Below are positions 23,375 to 36,164 of a DNA stretch of 64,000 nt, piece after piece. The position numbers and the translations under genes were made by a program. Below the pieces are notes generated by a model. That model saw only the letters and a list, made by a program, of their open reading frames with translations, made no database searches and was not told the origin of the DNA. This DNA comes from Calditrichia bacterium (GTDB lineage Bacteria > Calditrichota > Calditrichia > JAJRVZ01): NCBI GenBank assembly GCA_963796965.1, contig CAWCNS010000009.1:64001-128000 (forward strand), read 5' to 3'. The stretch's first letter is position 1. Each line of letters begins with the position of its first letter.

Positions 23375-23605
23375 TTTACCTCTTCATTCTTGGTGTTGAT
23401 TTCTGATATAATTTACTTTAAATTTTCTATCACGAAGTACCCGTATTAGTATTCACGAAGATGCTACATCGAAAGGAGAGTCACAAAGTATTTTGTCAGG
23501 CCGAATTTATTTAAGTATACTCAGTTAATCTAAATATATTCATAATGCAGATGCAGAAATGTATCCCATAAATAATCAATATTTAAAAAGGCTTGTAAAA
23601 AAGAT

Positions 23606-23656
23606 AAATGTTTCAAACATTTATTTGAAACATTTGTTTTAAACATTCGTTTGAAT
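23606..23656. promoter_or_regulatory. Tandem palindromic TetR operators
   Basis: TTTCAAACATTTATTTGAAA and TTTAAACATTCGTTTGAA immediately upstream of the TetR gene. Confidence 0.65.
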
Positions 23657-23687
23657 TATATTATGCGCCAATAAAAAAAGGAAAACA

Positions 23688-24332
23688 ATGGAAAACTCTG
23701 ATACAAAAATAAAAATTCTCGACGTAGCGGAAAAACTTTTTGCAGAAGGCGGAATTCATGCCACTTCCATCAGGCAAATTGTCAAAGAAGCCGGAGTCAA
23801 TGTGGCCTCTCTGCATTACCATTTTGGATCCAAGGAGGCCGTTATCCACCAAATCATCATCCGGCGTCTGCAACCAATTAATGAAGCAAAGGTAAAACGT
23901 CTCGATCAACTCGAAGAGGAATCTAATGGACAAAAACTGGAGTTGAAGCGGTACTCCGTGCCTTTATCGAACCACATATCCAGATGCAGAAAATAGCTGC
24001 TGATAAGGTAAAAATTCTAATGAAATTAATGGTTCAGATAGAAGATGAGGCTCATAAATTGGAAGTAATGCAGGATCCTGTTTTCATTAATACTTTTAAA
24101 CGATTTATTTCAGCCTTACAATCTGTATTGCCTCAGCTGCCATTATCAGAAATGATTTGGCGATTTAAATTTATGATTTTTTCCATGCATGCAATTATGG
24201 TATGGCATCCAATTCCCTCTGACTCAGAGTTTAATGAGAAGAGGAAAGTATCGACGAAGTTGTGAATCATGTTATAGCCTTTTTAAAGGCCGGCTTTTAG
24301 CACCACCATCAACAAACCTTAACAGGGAATAA
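23688..24332 (+). CDS. TetR/AcrR family regulator, PsrA-like (frameshifted; end approximate)
   Basis: ILDVAEKLFAEGG...AGVNVASLHYHFGSKE HTH; continuation in ORF 23984-24265. Confidence 0.82.
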
Positions 24333-24381
24333 AATTAATAAAAATGAAGATACTAGACTGTAAAAATACATAGGATCTTAT

Positions 24382-24463
24382 TTAAACGCTGAGGACACAG
24401 AGAAAAAATCATATAGATAATATCTCTGCGTTTCTTTGCGAACTCTGCGATCTCTGCGTTAAA
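24382..24463. repeat. Inverted element built from 9-bp periodic units (related copies at about 10742-10965, 25940-26039, 27263-27360, 30592-30731, 32601-32760, 57023-57160)
   Basis: Arms such as AAACACAAAG-AACACAAAG ... CTTTGTGTC-CTTTGTGTTT, GCACGCGGAT...ATCCGCGTGC and GACAGGAT...ATCCTGTT-AATCCTGTC. Confidence 0.7.
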
Positions 24464-24480
24464 TAGGAAAGGAAACTTCA

Positions 24481-25932
24481 ATGTACAAACGAATACTTTT
24501 TCTGATAACATCTTTCATCTTCTTTTCCTGCTCGTCGTCGCCACCCCGTCAGGATTTACAGATGGATGTGGAAATGCCTGACGACTGGCATAGTGAGCAA
24601 GCGGTTCTGCAGGATTCCTTACTCGTTCCCATTGATTGGTGGACGGAATTTTCCGACACAACACTTAACGGAATGATAGAAGAGGCTTTTGTTCGAAATT
24701 TAAACTTAGTCATGGCGGCCGCCAGTTTAGAAGCTGCTGGTGCCCAAGCAGTTATCGCCGGTGCATCACTTTATCCAAAGGCGGATCTTTCAGTGGACGG
24801 AGCCCGTCGTAAACAGAATTTCATCGGCCTGCCTTTTCCTGGTGCTGGGGGTGATGACGTACTTAGCTCTACTTCAACGACCTACGGTGTATCCCTAAAT
24901 ATTTCCTGGGAATTAGATTTATGGGGCCGAATCCGTGCTGAAAAATCAGCTGCTGTTGCCCAGTTTCAGGCTGCGCAGGCGGACTATATTGCTGCCAATT
25001 TATCCATTGCCGCCCAGGTGAGCAAAGCCTTTTTTGCTGTCATTACAGCCAAGAAACAACTGGAATTGTCTCAGGCAACCCACAACAGCTGGAAAATATC
25101 GACAAATCAGGTCCATCAGCGTTATATCAGCGGTCTGTCATCAGCTCTGGAATACCGCTTATCTCTTTCTAATCTCAGCCTGGCAAAAGCAAGTTTGAGC
25201 GCAAACAATATTCAGCTCGATATTGCCAAGCGTCAGTTGGAACTATTGTTAAAACGATTTCCCTCAGCAACCATTAGAACCGTAAGTGATCTGCCAGAAG
25301 TTTTGACCGAGGTTCCTTCCGGCATGCCTGCTGAGATCCTTTCCCGCCGTCCCGATTTAGTATCAGCGGAAAGAAAGTTGGCCAGCGCAGAAATGAGTTT
25401 AAAAAGTGCCGAGCGGGCATTATATCCCAGGATCAGTCTCACCGGATCCGGAGGAACCACCACCGCCGATTTAAAAAACCTGATCAATGGTGATTTTGGT
25501 GTATGGACATTGGCCGGGAACCTGGTTCAACCTCTATTCCAGGGTGGACAATTAAGAGCCAATGTTGATTTTAACGAAGCGCAGACAAAGATGGCCCTAG
25601 CTGAATATGAAACAACGGTACTTAATGCTTTGGCTGAAGTTGAAAATGCCTTGACCAAAGAGTATTACTTATCACAAAGAGAGGAAGCACTAAAAGAAGC
25701 GGCTGATCAGAGTTCAGCAGCCAGGCGTTTGGCAGAAATTCAATATTCCCGGGGTGTTACCGGTTTTCTGACCATGCTTGAATCTGCACGGGCAGCCTAT
25801 GATACAGAAAGCCGCTATATCAATGCCCGAAGAGAGCGCCTCGATGCCCGTGTTGATTTGTACCTGGCCCTTGGCGGTGGATTTGATCTTAAAAAATCAG
25901 TCATTGTAATAGAAGAAGAAAATGATGAATAA
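24481..25932 (+). CDS. RND efflux outer-membrane factor lipoprotein (NodT/OprM family)
   Basis: Lipobox FSC, WWTEFSD, SWELDLWG, RRPDL and LYLALGGG motifs. Confidence 0.92.
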   Translation: MYKRILFLITSFIFFSCSSSPPRQDLQMDVEMPDDWHSEQAVLQDSLLVPIDWWTEFSDTTLNGMIEEAFVRNLNLVMAAASLEAAGAQAVIAGASLYPKADLSVDGARRKQNFIGLPFPGAGGDDVLSSTSTTYGVSLNISWELDLWGRIRAEKSAAVAQFQAAQADYIAANLSIAAQVSKAFFAVITAKKQLELSQATHNSWKISTNQVHQRYISGLSSALEYRLSLSNLSLAKASLSANNIQLDIAKRQLELLLKRFPSATIRTVSDLPEVLTEVPSGMPAEILSRRPDLVSAERKLASAEMSLKSAERALYPRISLTGSGGTTTADLKNLINGDFGVWTLAGNLVQPLFQGGQLRANVDFNEAQTKMALAEYETTVLNALAEVENALTKEYYLSQREEALKEAADQSSAARRLAEIQYSRGVTGFLTMLESARAAYDTESRYINARRERLDARVDLYLALGGGFDLKKSVIVIEEENDE

Positions 25933-26085
25933 AAGACAATAAACACAAAGTTCTCAAAGAAGGCTCAGAGAACTCGGAGAATAATTATAAATTATTTCTT
26001 AGTGTGCTTCGTGAATTCTTTGTGTCCTTTGTGTTTAAATCAACTTATCATTCACTAATGCACCTAGAATAAGAGGTTTATTCAA

Positions 26086-27255
26086 ATGGAAAAACGAAAA
26101 TTAAAATACCTGCTTCCCATAGCCATCATCATTCTAAGCATTTTGCTAACGGTGATCATTATTATGATGAAGCCTGAAATTGAACCCGAAGCCCAGGAGA
26201 TAACAGCTGTGCAAGTAAGGGTGATGAAAGTCATCAAACAGGACATACAAATGGTTGTCAATTCCCAGGGAACGGTGCATGCTAAAACGGAAAGTGAAAT
26301 CGTTGCCCAGGTTTCTGGTGTCATAGAAGCGGTCTCTTCTTCCTTTGTTGCCGGTGGATTTTTCAAAAAAGGTGAAGTTCTTGTGCGCCTCGATGCCCGC
26401 GATTATCAATACCGTTATATACAGGCACAACACAAAGTCACCCAGGCCGAATTGGCGTTGAAACTTGAAGAACAACAAGCCGAAATTGCCAGTGATGAAT
26501 GGAAACAAATGAATGAAGGGCCTCCTCCGGCTTTAGTTTCCAGAGACCCTCAACTTGCAGAGGCGGCAGCCTCCCTTGAATCGGCGCGGGCCAGTTTATT
26601 ACAGGCGCAATTGGATCTGGACAGAACAAAGGTAAGAGCGCCCTTCTCTGGTCGGTTAAAAGTTAAAAATGTTGATAGAGGCAGATATGTAACACCGGGA
26701 ATGTCACTGGCCAGGATCTATTCAATTGATGTGGCCGAAGTTCGTCTTCCTATACCTGATAAAGATCTGAAATATCTGGATCTGCCGCGAGATTTTCGCC
26801 TTAAAGATAACCCTGGTCATCGACCTGAGGTTATCCTTAGCGGAGATTTTGCCGGCTCAAAGCATCAATGGACCGGAAACTTAACTCATATTGAAGGTGA
26901 ATTAGATGCACGCAGCCGTATGATTCACGCCGCCGCACAGGTTCCGGATCCTTATGGGAAAAAACATGAAGTGCCCTTAACCGCTGGAATGTATGTTAAG
27001 GCTGAAATTATCGGGAAAAAAGTATCAAACCTGGTGGTTGTACCACGTGAAGTTCTACGCGGCCAGAACCAGATATTAATTGTAGACAAAGAAAATCATC
27101 TTTACACCCGCAAAATTGGCATATATAGAATTGAAGGTGAGTCCGTTTATATAGATAGCGGTCTTGAAAATGGTGAACTGGTCTGTCTTTCACAACTAAA
27201 AACTGTCGTAGAAGGAATGGATGTTTCACCTGTTGCTGAGGCAGAGGAAAAATAG
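26086..27255 (+). CDS. RND efflux periplasmic adaptor (membrane fusion protein)
   Basis: N-terminal anchor, QVSG lipoyl half, coiled coil, RAPFSG. Confidence 0.9.
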   Translation: MEKRKLKYLLPIAIIILSILLTVIIIMMKPEIEPEAQEITAVQVRVMKVIKQDIQMVVNSQGTVHAKTESEIVAQVSGVIEAVSSSFVAGGFFKKGEVLVRLDARDYQYRYIQAQHKVTQAELALKLEEQQAEIASDEWKQMNEGPPPALVSRDPQLAEAAASLESARASLLQAQLDLDRTKVRAPFSGRLKVKNVDRGRYVTPGMSLARIYSIDVAEVRLPIPDKDLKYLDLPRDFRLKDNPGHRPEVILSGDFAGSKHQWTGNLTHIEGELDARSRMIHAAAQVPDPYGKKHEVPLTAGMYVKAEIIGKKVSNLVVVPREVLRGQNQILIVDKENHLYTRKIGIYRIEGESVYIDSGLENGELVCLSQLKTVVEGMDVSPVAEAEEK

Positions 27256-27376
27256 AAAAACATTAAACACAAAGAACACAAAGGAAGCAAAAAGACCACA
27301 AAGTTTATTAGTAATTTTTTCTTTGTGATCTTGGAGATTTCTTAGAGAACTTTGTGTTTATCATTTGGAGAATTCG

Positions 27377-30300
27377 ATGAATAATATAATCACCTGGTTT
27401 GCTAATAATAAAGTAGCCGCCAATTTATTAATGATATTTATCCTTGTTGCAGGATTAATATCATTATCAACCATAAAGTTAGAAGTTTTTCCGGAAATTT
27501 CACCAAACCGGATTACTGTAACTGTCGCCTATCAGGGGGCTGCGCCGGAGGAAGTTGAGGAAGGTGTTTGCGTTAAGGTCGAGGAAGCCATCCAGGATTT
27601 GCCAGGAATCAAACGACTTATATCGATGGCATCGGAGGGATCTGGTAACATCACGATTGAAGTGCGTCCTTCTTATGATCCGAGAAAATTACTTGAGGAT
27701 ATAAAGTCCAGGGTTGATGCTATCAGTACGTTTCCCTTAGAGACTGAAAAACCTGTTATACAAGAGGTATTAGTTCGGCGCCAGGTTATCAATGTTGCTA
27801 TATCCGGTGAGGCCGACGAACAGACACTAAAAAACCTGGGCGAACAGATCAGAGATGAAATCATCGATCTTCCAGAAGTCAGTCAGGTGGATCTTACAGG
27901 TACAAAGCCTTATGAAGTTTCTATAGAGGTTTCTGAAGATATCCTCCGTAATTTTGGTCTTACTTTTGATGAAGTAGCCAGAGCAGTAAAGATGTCCTCA
28001 ATGGATTTGCCGGGGGGCTCCATAAGTACAGCCGGTGGAGAAATCTCTCTGCGAACAAAAGGCCAAGCCTATTTTGGTAAGCAATTCAGTGACATTATTT
28101 TACGTTCTTATAATGATGGTACCCGTTTACATTTGCGCGATGTGGTAAATGTTGTTGATGGATTTGCAGAAAATGATATGGCGAGCCGTTTTGATGGTAA
28201 ACCATCTGTTCTCGTACAGGTTTTCAGGGTTGGTGATGAAAATGCTTTGACTCTTGCCAGTGCAGTAAAGGAATATATCAAAAAAAGACAATCCAGCCTT
28301 CCTCCGGGGATTCTCCTAACTCCCTGGCAGGACGATTCTCTTACTCTAATAGACAGGATGAGTTTACTCATGAGAAATGCCCAAATGGGATTTTTTCTCG
28401 TATTTATCATGCTCGCTCTTTTTCTACGTCTTCGTCTGGCCTGGTGGGTGTCGGTTGGAATGGTAATATCATTTTTTGGCGCCTTTTGGGTACTTCCCTG
28501 GTTTGACGTATCAATAAATCAGATATCACTTTTTGCCTTTATCATGGTTCTCGGTATCGTTGTTGACGATGCCATTATAGTTGGTGAAAATATTTATTCT
28601 CATCTTCAGCGGGGGGAAGAACCATTACAGGCAGCTATTTCCGGAACCCAACGTGTTGCAACCCCGGTGATCTTTGCTGTTCTAACTTCGATTGCCGCCT
28701 TTTCACCTTTGCTTGGTGTACCCGGAATGATGGGTGATGTGATGAAAATGATTCCAATTGTTGTGATTGCGACACTTGTATTTTCATTGGTGGAATCTCT
28801 GCTCATCCTTACCTGCCCACCTTTCAAATATTCACTTCGATAAAACAGAGAAAGAAACATCGGGAATTAAGAAAAAATTTAAAGATTTGCAGGATAAATT
28901 TTCAGGTGCAATGGATAATTTTGTCCAGAACAAATACCGCAGATTTCTGGAATTAGCGCTGCAATGGCGATATACCTTCATGGCCATAGGAATTGGTACC
29001 TTAATATTTACCCTTGCTCTGGCCATTGGTGGAGCCGTGAAATTTACTTTTATGACCAGCGTTGAAGCTGATAATGTTGTTGCCTTGCTAACCATGCCGG
29101 AAGGTACAACAGCAGATAAAACGATCAAGGTGCTGAAAGAATTGGAAAAAAGTGCAGAAGCGTTGCAATCGGAACTAAATTCCGGAGAACAACCGGCTAT
29201 TATGCACATCCTGACAACTATTGCTGAACAGCCCTTTACAAAAATGTCCCATAGTTCTAATGCCGGACAGAACTTAAAAAACAGGCCAAATCTGGGCGAG
29301 GTGAATATGCAATTGGCGCAGGCCAATGACCGGAACATAACAAGTGAAGAGGTCGCTGCACGCTGGCGCGAAATGACCGGAACCATTCCTGATGTAGAGG
29401 AACTTGTATTTTCTTCTTCGATGTTCTCTACTGGCGATCCCATAGATATTCAGATTTCCGGCAGCAACTATGAGGAATTACAACGAGCGGCCATTGAATT
29501 AAGATCTAAAATAGCTACCTATCCGGGTACCTATGATATCACCGACTCCTATCGCAGTGGCAAAAAGGAAATTAAATTACGTCTCAAACCACAGGCAGAA
29601 TCTTTAGGACTGACGTTAAACGATCTGGCCCGCCAGGTACGTCAGGGTTTTTACGGTGAAGAAGTACAAAGGATTCAGCGTGGTAGGGATGAAATCCGGG
29701 TTATGATTCGCTATCCCAAAGAATATCGCCAATCCATAGGTGATCTGGAAAATATGCGCATACGCCTTCCCGGAGGAGGTGAGATTCCTTTTCATGTGGC
29801 TGCCGAGGTGGATCAGGGATTTGGCTTTTCTTCTATCAGCCGGACAGATCGGAAACGAACAATTAATATTACGTCTAATATTGACCAAAGCGTGGCCAAT
29901 GCCAATGAAATTATAGCCAATATCAAGAAAACTGTTCTGCCCGATTTGTTACAGAAATATCCCAGTATTGGCTATTCGCTGGAGGGGGAGCAGGCCGAAC
30001 AACAGGAATCTATGGCCGGCATCATGGAAGGATTTATGGTAGCCCTTTTGTTAATTTATGTTTTGCTTGCGATACCCTTTAAGTCTTATTTGCAGCCCTT
30101 TATCGTCATGAGTGCCATACCTTTTGGTGTCGTCGGTGCTATTTGGGGCCATATTTTTATGGGTTTGGATCTCTCGATTATGTCCATGTTTGGCATGGTT
30201 GCTTTGGCTGGTGTGGTAATCAATGATAGTCTAGTTCTGGTTGATGTAATTAACCGGGAACGCCGTGCGGGTTCTTCCTTAATGGATGCCATTAGTGCAG

Positions 30301-30560
30301 CCGGTCTGGCTCGTTTTCGACCGATCATTCTAACCTCTGTCACAACTTTCGCCGGGTTAACACCGCTTTTGTTGGAACAGAGTCCACAAGCTCAGATGTT
30401 AATTCCAATGGCTGTATCTTTAGCCTTCGGTGTAATGTTTGGAACAGTTATTACCCTGGTACTGGTCCCGGTAATTTATTATTCACAGGAAGATATTAAG
30501 TTACTTTTTAAGAAAATGATGGGAAAATCCAAGGTTGTTGTTGAAGCAGCAGAGGTGTGA
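27377..30560 (+). CDS. RND efflux permease, AcrB family (frameshift near 28810)
   Basis: VAANLLM, GIVVDDAIIVGEN, GVVINDSLVL, RFRPIILTS and PMAVSLAFG motifs. Confidence 0.92.
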
Positions 30561-30785
30561 TGAATACAAATTTAGGTTTGGAGATACGGTAATAGCACGC
30601 GGATGATGCAGATCAGGCTGATTTTCACGGATCTTAAAAATATTCTTTATCTCAAACAGAACCATTTAGATTCTAAAATCTATAAAAAAATTCGCGGAAA
30701 TCAGCATCATCCGTTTTATCCGCGTGCTATTTCTTACTTTGGGCTAAGCATTATCCAAATAAAAACACCTTGCTTAAAGAATTAT

Positions 30786-32429
30786 TTATTTCTCCCCGGA
30801 GAGGACTTCGGCAATATTTAAGGCATGATCAAGCATTCGGCGGTAGGAATTCAGCAAATCCATATAGATCAGACTCACCATTGGACTTACCTTCTCATCA
30901 GCAAGACGGTTTAAGTGGTTTGCCCTATAATTTTTAATTTTATGTCGGATGGCTGAATTTTCAGATATTGCTTTATTTAAAATTTGGCCATTCCGCTCAG
31001 TAATGGCGCGATAAATATAAGCCAGATAATCAACTAATGAATCATGTAAGTTAAGAAACTCCCTCTTTCCTTGCTTTGACAGATCCATATTATTATTCTT
31101 CATACGCAGTAAAATTTTCAAGGCACCAACGATATAATCGCTTATCGATTCATATTCATCCGCCAGGCGTAATTGTTTTCTTGCTTCCTCTGTAATATCC
31201 TGAGGAACTATGCCTGTCATTAGCTTACTAATAAACTCGACTACTTCTTTCTGGATCAAATCAAGAACCTGTTCACGGTGAAATATCTGCTTTTCAATAC
31301 TCTCGTCTCTGCTCTCAATAGATAAAGATGATCGTAACCAACCGAACATTTTTTGTACACTCTTTCCCATTCGCAATATTTCATCAAAAGACTGTTGAAT
31401 AGCTATGATCGGTGTTTCGATCATGCGAACATCCAGATAAGTCAGATGTGCCTTCTCCTTCTCCCTTCTACCCGGTACTAAAAAGGTGACAAAGCGACTG
31501 AGCGGATCAAGCAGTCCAATAAAAATGGTTACAACCAGGATATTAAATCCACTATGTGCAAAGGCAATCCGTGAGGCAATATCCATACTTTCAGGAACAA
31601 CATTGTTTAATATCCAGAGATATTGATAGAAGAAGGGAATAAGAAACAATACGCCAAGAACATTGAGAGAGATGTGAGCGAATGCTGCCCGTTTTGCATT
31701 GGCCGATGTGCCAAGGGAGGCCAAATAAGCGGTTATAGTGGTACCAATATTTTCTCCCAGGACCAGGGCTACAGCTGTATCATATCCAATGATTCCTGTT
31801 GTAGCCAAGGTAATGGTTATGGCTACCGTGGCTGATGAAGATTGAATGAGGGCTGTAATGAAAGCACCGGCACCAATACATTTTATCAAACCGAAATAAT
31901 CATCCGGAACAAACTGAGACATTAATCCCATTAATTCTTCGGATTCTCTGAGGGGGAGTACGCCCTGCTTCATTATCTCAAGTCCAAAAAACACCATACC
32001 AAGACCAACAAACATCATTGCAGCATAACGAATACGTTCAGATTTTGAGAAAAGATAGAAAAAAGCGGATATACCAAGGATGGGAAGACCATAGTCAGAA
32101 ATTTTAAGAGCAATAAGCCAGGCCGTAATGGTTGTCCCAATACCGGCACCCATTATAACGCCGATACTCTGTTTGAGAGTCATAATTCCGGCATTTACCA
32201 TCCCAACGACCATCACAGTTGTTACAGAACTCGACTGAATTGATCCTGTAACCACCGCCCCTACACCACAGGCTACAAATCTGTTGTCCGTAATCGTACT
32301 GACTAATTTGCGAAGTTTATCGCCGGCAATTGCCTGCATCCCCTCGGACATATTCTTCATACCCAACAGGAAAAGGCCAAGTCCTCCGACGACAGAGATA
32401 ACAATTTTAAATATCAGTTCAAAACTCAA
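30786..32429 (-). CDS. Na+/Pi cotransporter family protein with PhoU-like C-terminus
   Basis: Duplicated QSSS motifs, GENIGTTITA, C-terminal helical domain (ESISDY, DHALNIAE). Confidence 0.9.
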   Translation of the reverse strand: MSFELIFKIVISVVGGLGLFLLGMKNMSEGMQAIAGDKLRKLVSTITDNRFVACGVGAVVTGSIQSSSVTTVMVVGMVNAGIMTLKQSIGVIMGAGIGTTITAWLIALKISDYGLPILGISAFFYLFSKSERIRYAAMMFVGLGMVFFGLEIMKQGVLPLRESEELMGLMSQFVPDDYFGLIKCIGAGAFITALIQSSSATVAITITLATTGIIGYDTAVALVLGENIGTTITAYLASLGTSANAKRAAFAHISLNVLGVLFLIPFFYQYLWILNNVVPESMDIASRIAFAHSGFNILVVTIFIGLLDPLSRFVTFLVPGRREKEKAHLTYLDVRMIETPIIAIQQSFDEILRMGKSVQKMFGWLRSSLSIESRDESIEKQIFHREQVLDLIQKEVVEFISKLMTGIVPQDITEEARKQLRLADEYESISDYIVGALKILLRMKNNNMDLSKQGKREFLNLHDSLVDYLAYIYRAITERNGQILNKAISENSAIRHKIKNYRANHLNRLADEKVSPMVSLIYMDLLNSYRRMLDHALNIAEVLSGEK

Positions 32430-32788
32430 ATGACAGTTTTTCCTTTTCTTGAGATCCCAGGGTAGGAGAGAAACAGCCTAATATACAAAACTTGTCTATA
32501 ATCAAACAACAACATTCTGTAGGTCTTTTATCCTGACGAAGAACTTATTTAATGAGTACTGTATATAGTTAGTATCATATAACACTAAAAATATTTTTTT
32601 TAGACAGGATAATCCCGATAAAAACGGGATCCAAAAAAACGGACACGATTTACTAAATTCAATCTATCGGTAACTTTTATATTTATAATTACTTAGAAAT
32701 ATTTTTCAATATAATTTAGAGAATTTATTGTATATCCTGTTGATCCTGTTAATCCTGTCTGTTTTTTTTCTTTTAGTAACATTTGATA

Positions 32789-35456
32789 CTATTTGATCAG
32801 GATCATTTTCTTCACATCCTGAAAATCACCCGCTTCTATTCTATAATAGTAAATTCCGCTGGATAAATTTTTTGCGTTAAATTCTATTATATGGTTCCCC
32901 GCTGCTTTTCTTGCTGAGATAAGTGTCGCTACCTTTTGACCCACTATATTAAAGATATCTAACGTTACATCACTGGGTTCGGGCAACTGATAACTGATAA
33001 CGGTCAAAGGGTTAAACGGATTTGGGTAATTTTGTTCAAGGACAAATTGTTGAGGAATATTTTGACTTTCTCCTTCAATATCTGAAACGATATCGAAATG
33101 TAATTTTTCTTTCCAGAATATGTTACCATCACTTTTAATAAGTACATCGACCGTTGGTCTAGAGGGCGTAGGACAGTTGGGATTTATGCGCAAAGCATAA
33201 ACACCCTCGGTTTGATCACTCTCACCCGGAGTGAGCGTTCCATAATTAACCTTGTCATGAAGAATTTCCAGGATACAGGTATCGGTTGCAACCAATTCAG
33301 CGGTTATATTTGGGATCGTTTCTGTTTCCGAGTAATTTTGCAGATTTAATTTGATCAGGAAATCAGCCCCTGGTGTCGTAAATGTATCTCCACTAGCTGT
33401 GATATACTCAGTTAATATCACTGGACCAATAGTAGTAAAATGTGCTTTATTTGACTGATAGTTCGCATACGATGAATCCACTGAGTATGTGAGCATATCC
33501 AATTTATAATACAAATCGCCGGGAGGCACTGGCCATGATCCACCAAAAACACCATCTTCAGATGCACCATCATCATGATCACCATCATCAAAAAGCCGGA
33601 TCGAATCTTTGACGCTCTGATCAAAACTTTCCACATGCGCAGATAATTCTACCAGATGAGAATCCGGATTAAATGTTTCACAAAAAATTTGCAAGGTATC
33701 TGAACCGGGCGACTGATAGGGATTATTGAATTCAACATTTTGTGTATAGGGCGAAATGAGATGGGTTGTCATATCCTTTAATATCCAATCATCTGCATCC
33801 AGTTCAATCTCCCATGGACGGTCTTTACTAAAAAATTCAAAAGACTGGGTCTGCAGCGAATCCCAGGCCACAGACACAGTAGTGCCATTTGCCGTATTTA
33901 TATAGACATCAATCGGCATCCAAAACATACCCGTGTTTGTCTGCATCTGCTTAATTTCAACTTTGATCGTATATCCACCTTCGACCGGCTTATAAACCCA
34001 GGCATACGAATAAGAGGGATAATATTCGCCATAAATCCATTGCCGGAAGAATTGTTCTAATCCCAAACCGGAAACCTGTTCACAGATCTTCTGAAAATCT
34101 TCCGTGTTTGCTGTGCCGTGATGGTGAGATGGTGAAACATGATACGTCTTTAAAATATCAAAAAAGATACTATCCCCAACCGCATGTCTGAGCATATGCA
34201 ACACCCAGGAGGCTTTATTATAACTCAGTTCTATATCAAAGATATCATCCGTTTTCGGATCTTCCACATAGATAGTTCCCTCTCCTTTATGAGTATGATA
34301 CTCGACCTGGTATGCACTAGCTGAGGAAGAAAATCCGGTGTGCGCAAACCATAATGATTCTGCATAGCGGGCGAATCCCTCGTTTAACCAGATGTGATGA
34401 AAGGTGCGGCAGGTGATCATATCACCCCACCACATATGGGCAAGTTCATGAGCCACACGGCGCTCGGTTGGATCCCCCATACTGGTTAATGTTTGATGTT
34501 CCATTCCAAAAGAGAGCGTCCATTCAGCATGGCCATATTTTTCATCTAAAAAGGGATACTCGCCGAAGATCGTTGCAAAAAACTCAATCATTGAACGGGT
34601 TTTTTTATAGTTGGGTACCAGATAGCTTGGTTCAGCAATAGTCGTGTCGGCGAAGGTATAAAATTCGATGGGCATCTCCTGGCCCTGTCCGGAGACATAG
34701 GTATCCGACCATACAAAGTAGGGATAAATAGCTAACGAGACCAGGTAGGTGACAATAGGATAACCATGATGCCACCAATATGTCGTCAGGGGTCCCATAG
34801 TTGTTTTACTTTTTAATAAACCATTAGAAGCCACGATAAGATCATTAGGAACGGTTACACGGATATCAATTGAATCAGCCTTTGTCAAACGGGAAATCCT
34901 TGCAGGGGAACCAGGCTCTTGCCCCAATAGGCTGATTAAAAGTCCCAATAAACTCTTTCCCGTTATGAGCTCCGAAGGTAAATGAGCCATATCCGGAATT
35001 TCCCGGATAGCCATTATAACAGATTGTAATGCTGGCTTGTTCATTCTGGACTAATGTTGAATCAAGATCTACGGTTAAAATATCATCATTTAAGGTATAG
35101 GTTAAGTTGGACTCAGAAATTGAAGTGAAGTATATACTCTCAATCGTCATTCCATCCCAAAAATTCAATTCCAGCTGTTCAAGGCTGGGGGATGTTATTT
35201 TGAAGATAATCTCCGTTTCACCTCTTAATTGAGCCGTTTGTGGATCGGGGATGAGGTTAAGTGCATAATACTTGACATCATAGTTTTCCTGATTGGTTGT
35301 TACCTGTTGTGAAGAAAGAATTAATTGACGATAGAACTCGCTTTTCATTGTCGTTAATTGTTTCTCCGAGATCTTATCATTTTCATGGGTTTGAGCGGTC
35401 AAAGAAGTTTGAAGGAAAAAGATCATCATTAAAATATAAATCGTGAATAATTTCAT
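32789..35456 (-). CDS. Secreted M1 family aminopeptidase with C-terminal sorting domain (frameshift near 34880)
   Basis: Signal peptide, YDVKYY, ARAWFPCKD, GMEHQ, HELAHMW...WLNEGFA zinc site, QNYPNPFNP CTD. Confidence 0.88.
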
Positions 35457-35832
35457 ATTAAAACTCCTTCGCGTACACCATGGAATTTTACCCGGCTATC
35501 CCATTAGATTAATTATCAGATCAATGATAGATGGACCGGAAGATTCATGTGAGTAATCGAATGAATATAATAATTTTAGGACAATTAAAAACGTTTTTTT
35601 ATACATGATCCAAATGAGATGAAATACAGAAAGTAAGAACCATCTATCTTAACCGATTTGCTATTGTGGGCAGATGATAGTCTTGTTATATCTTTCTATT
35701 TTATTGAAACAAATTAAGTATTTTTCCGTCTTTATTAATGTATTATAGTTTCCAAATATAAGAGTTGTAGTCTCTCTTGAAGATGGACTACAACAACGCA
35801 ATAAAATATTGAATATACAAGGTGAAATTGCT

Positions 35833-36153
35833 ATGAAATCGATTACAAGAATAGAAGAGATGATAATGCTTGCCATATTAAATCTGGGCAATGAGGCTTA
35901 TTTAGTATCTATTCAGGGGTATTTATCAGAGATTTTTGAGAAGAAGGTATCATTAACCTCAGTACATTTGCCCTTGCGCCGATTAGAAAGAATAAATTAT
36001 CTCAGAGCCAAAATGGGTGAAGCAACGGCTGTGCGAGGGGGCCGGAGAAAAAAAATCTATAAAGTGACTGACACCGGATACGAAGCATTGGAGGCATACC
36101 GTAACATTTCAAACAGACTCTGGGATACTTATTTGGAGATGGAAACCCGGTAG
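35833..36153 (+). CDS. PadR family transcriptional regulator
   Basis: EEMIMLAIL and GEATAVRGGRRKKIYKVT motifs. Confidence 0.85.
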   Translation: MKSITRIEEMIMLAILNLGNEAYLVSIQGYLSEIFEKKVSLTSVHLPLRRLERINYLRAKMGEATAVRGGRRKKIYKVTDTGYEALEAYRNISNRLWDTYLEMETR

Positions 36154-36164
36154 CGAGGACGGTC

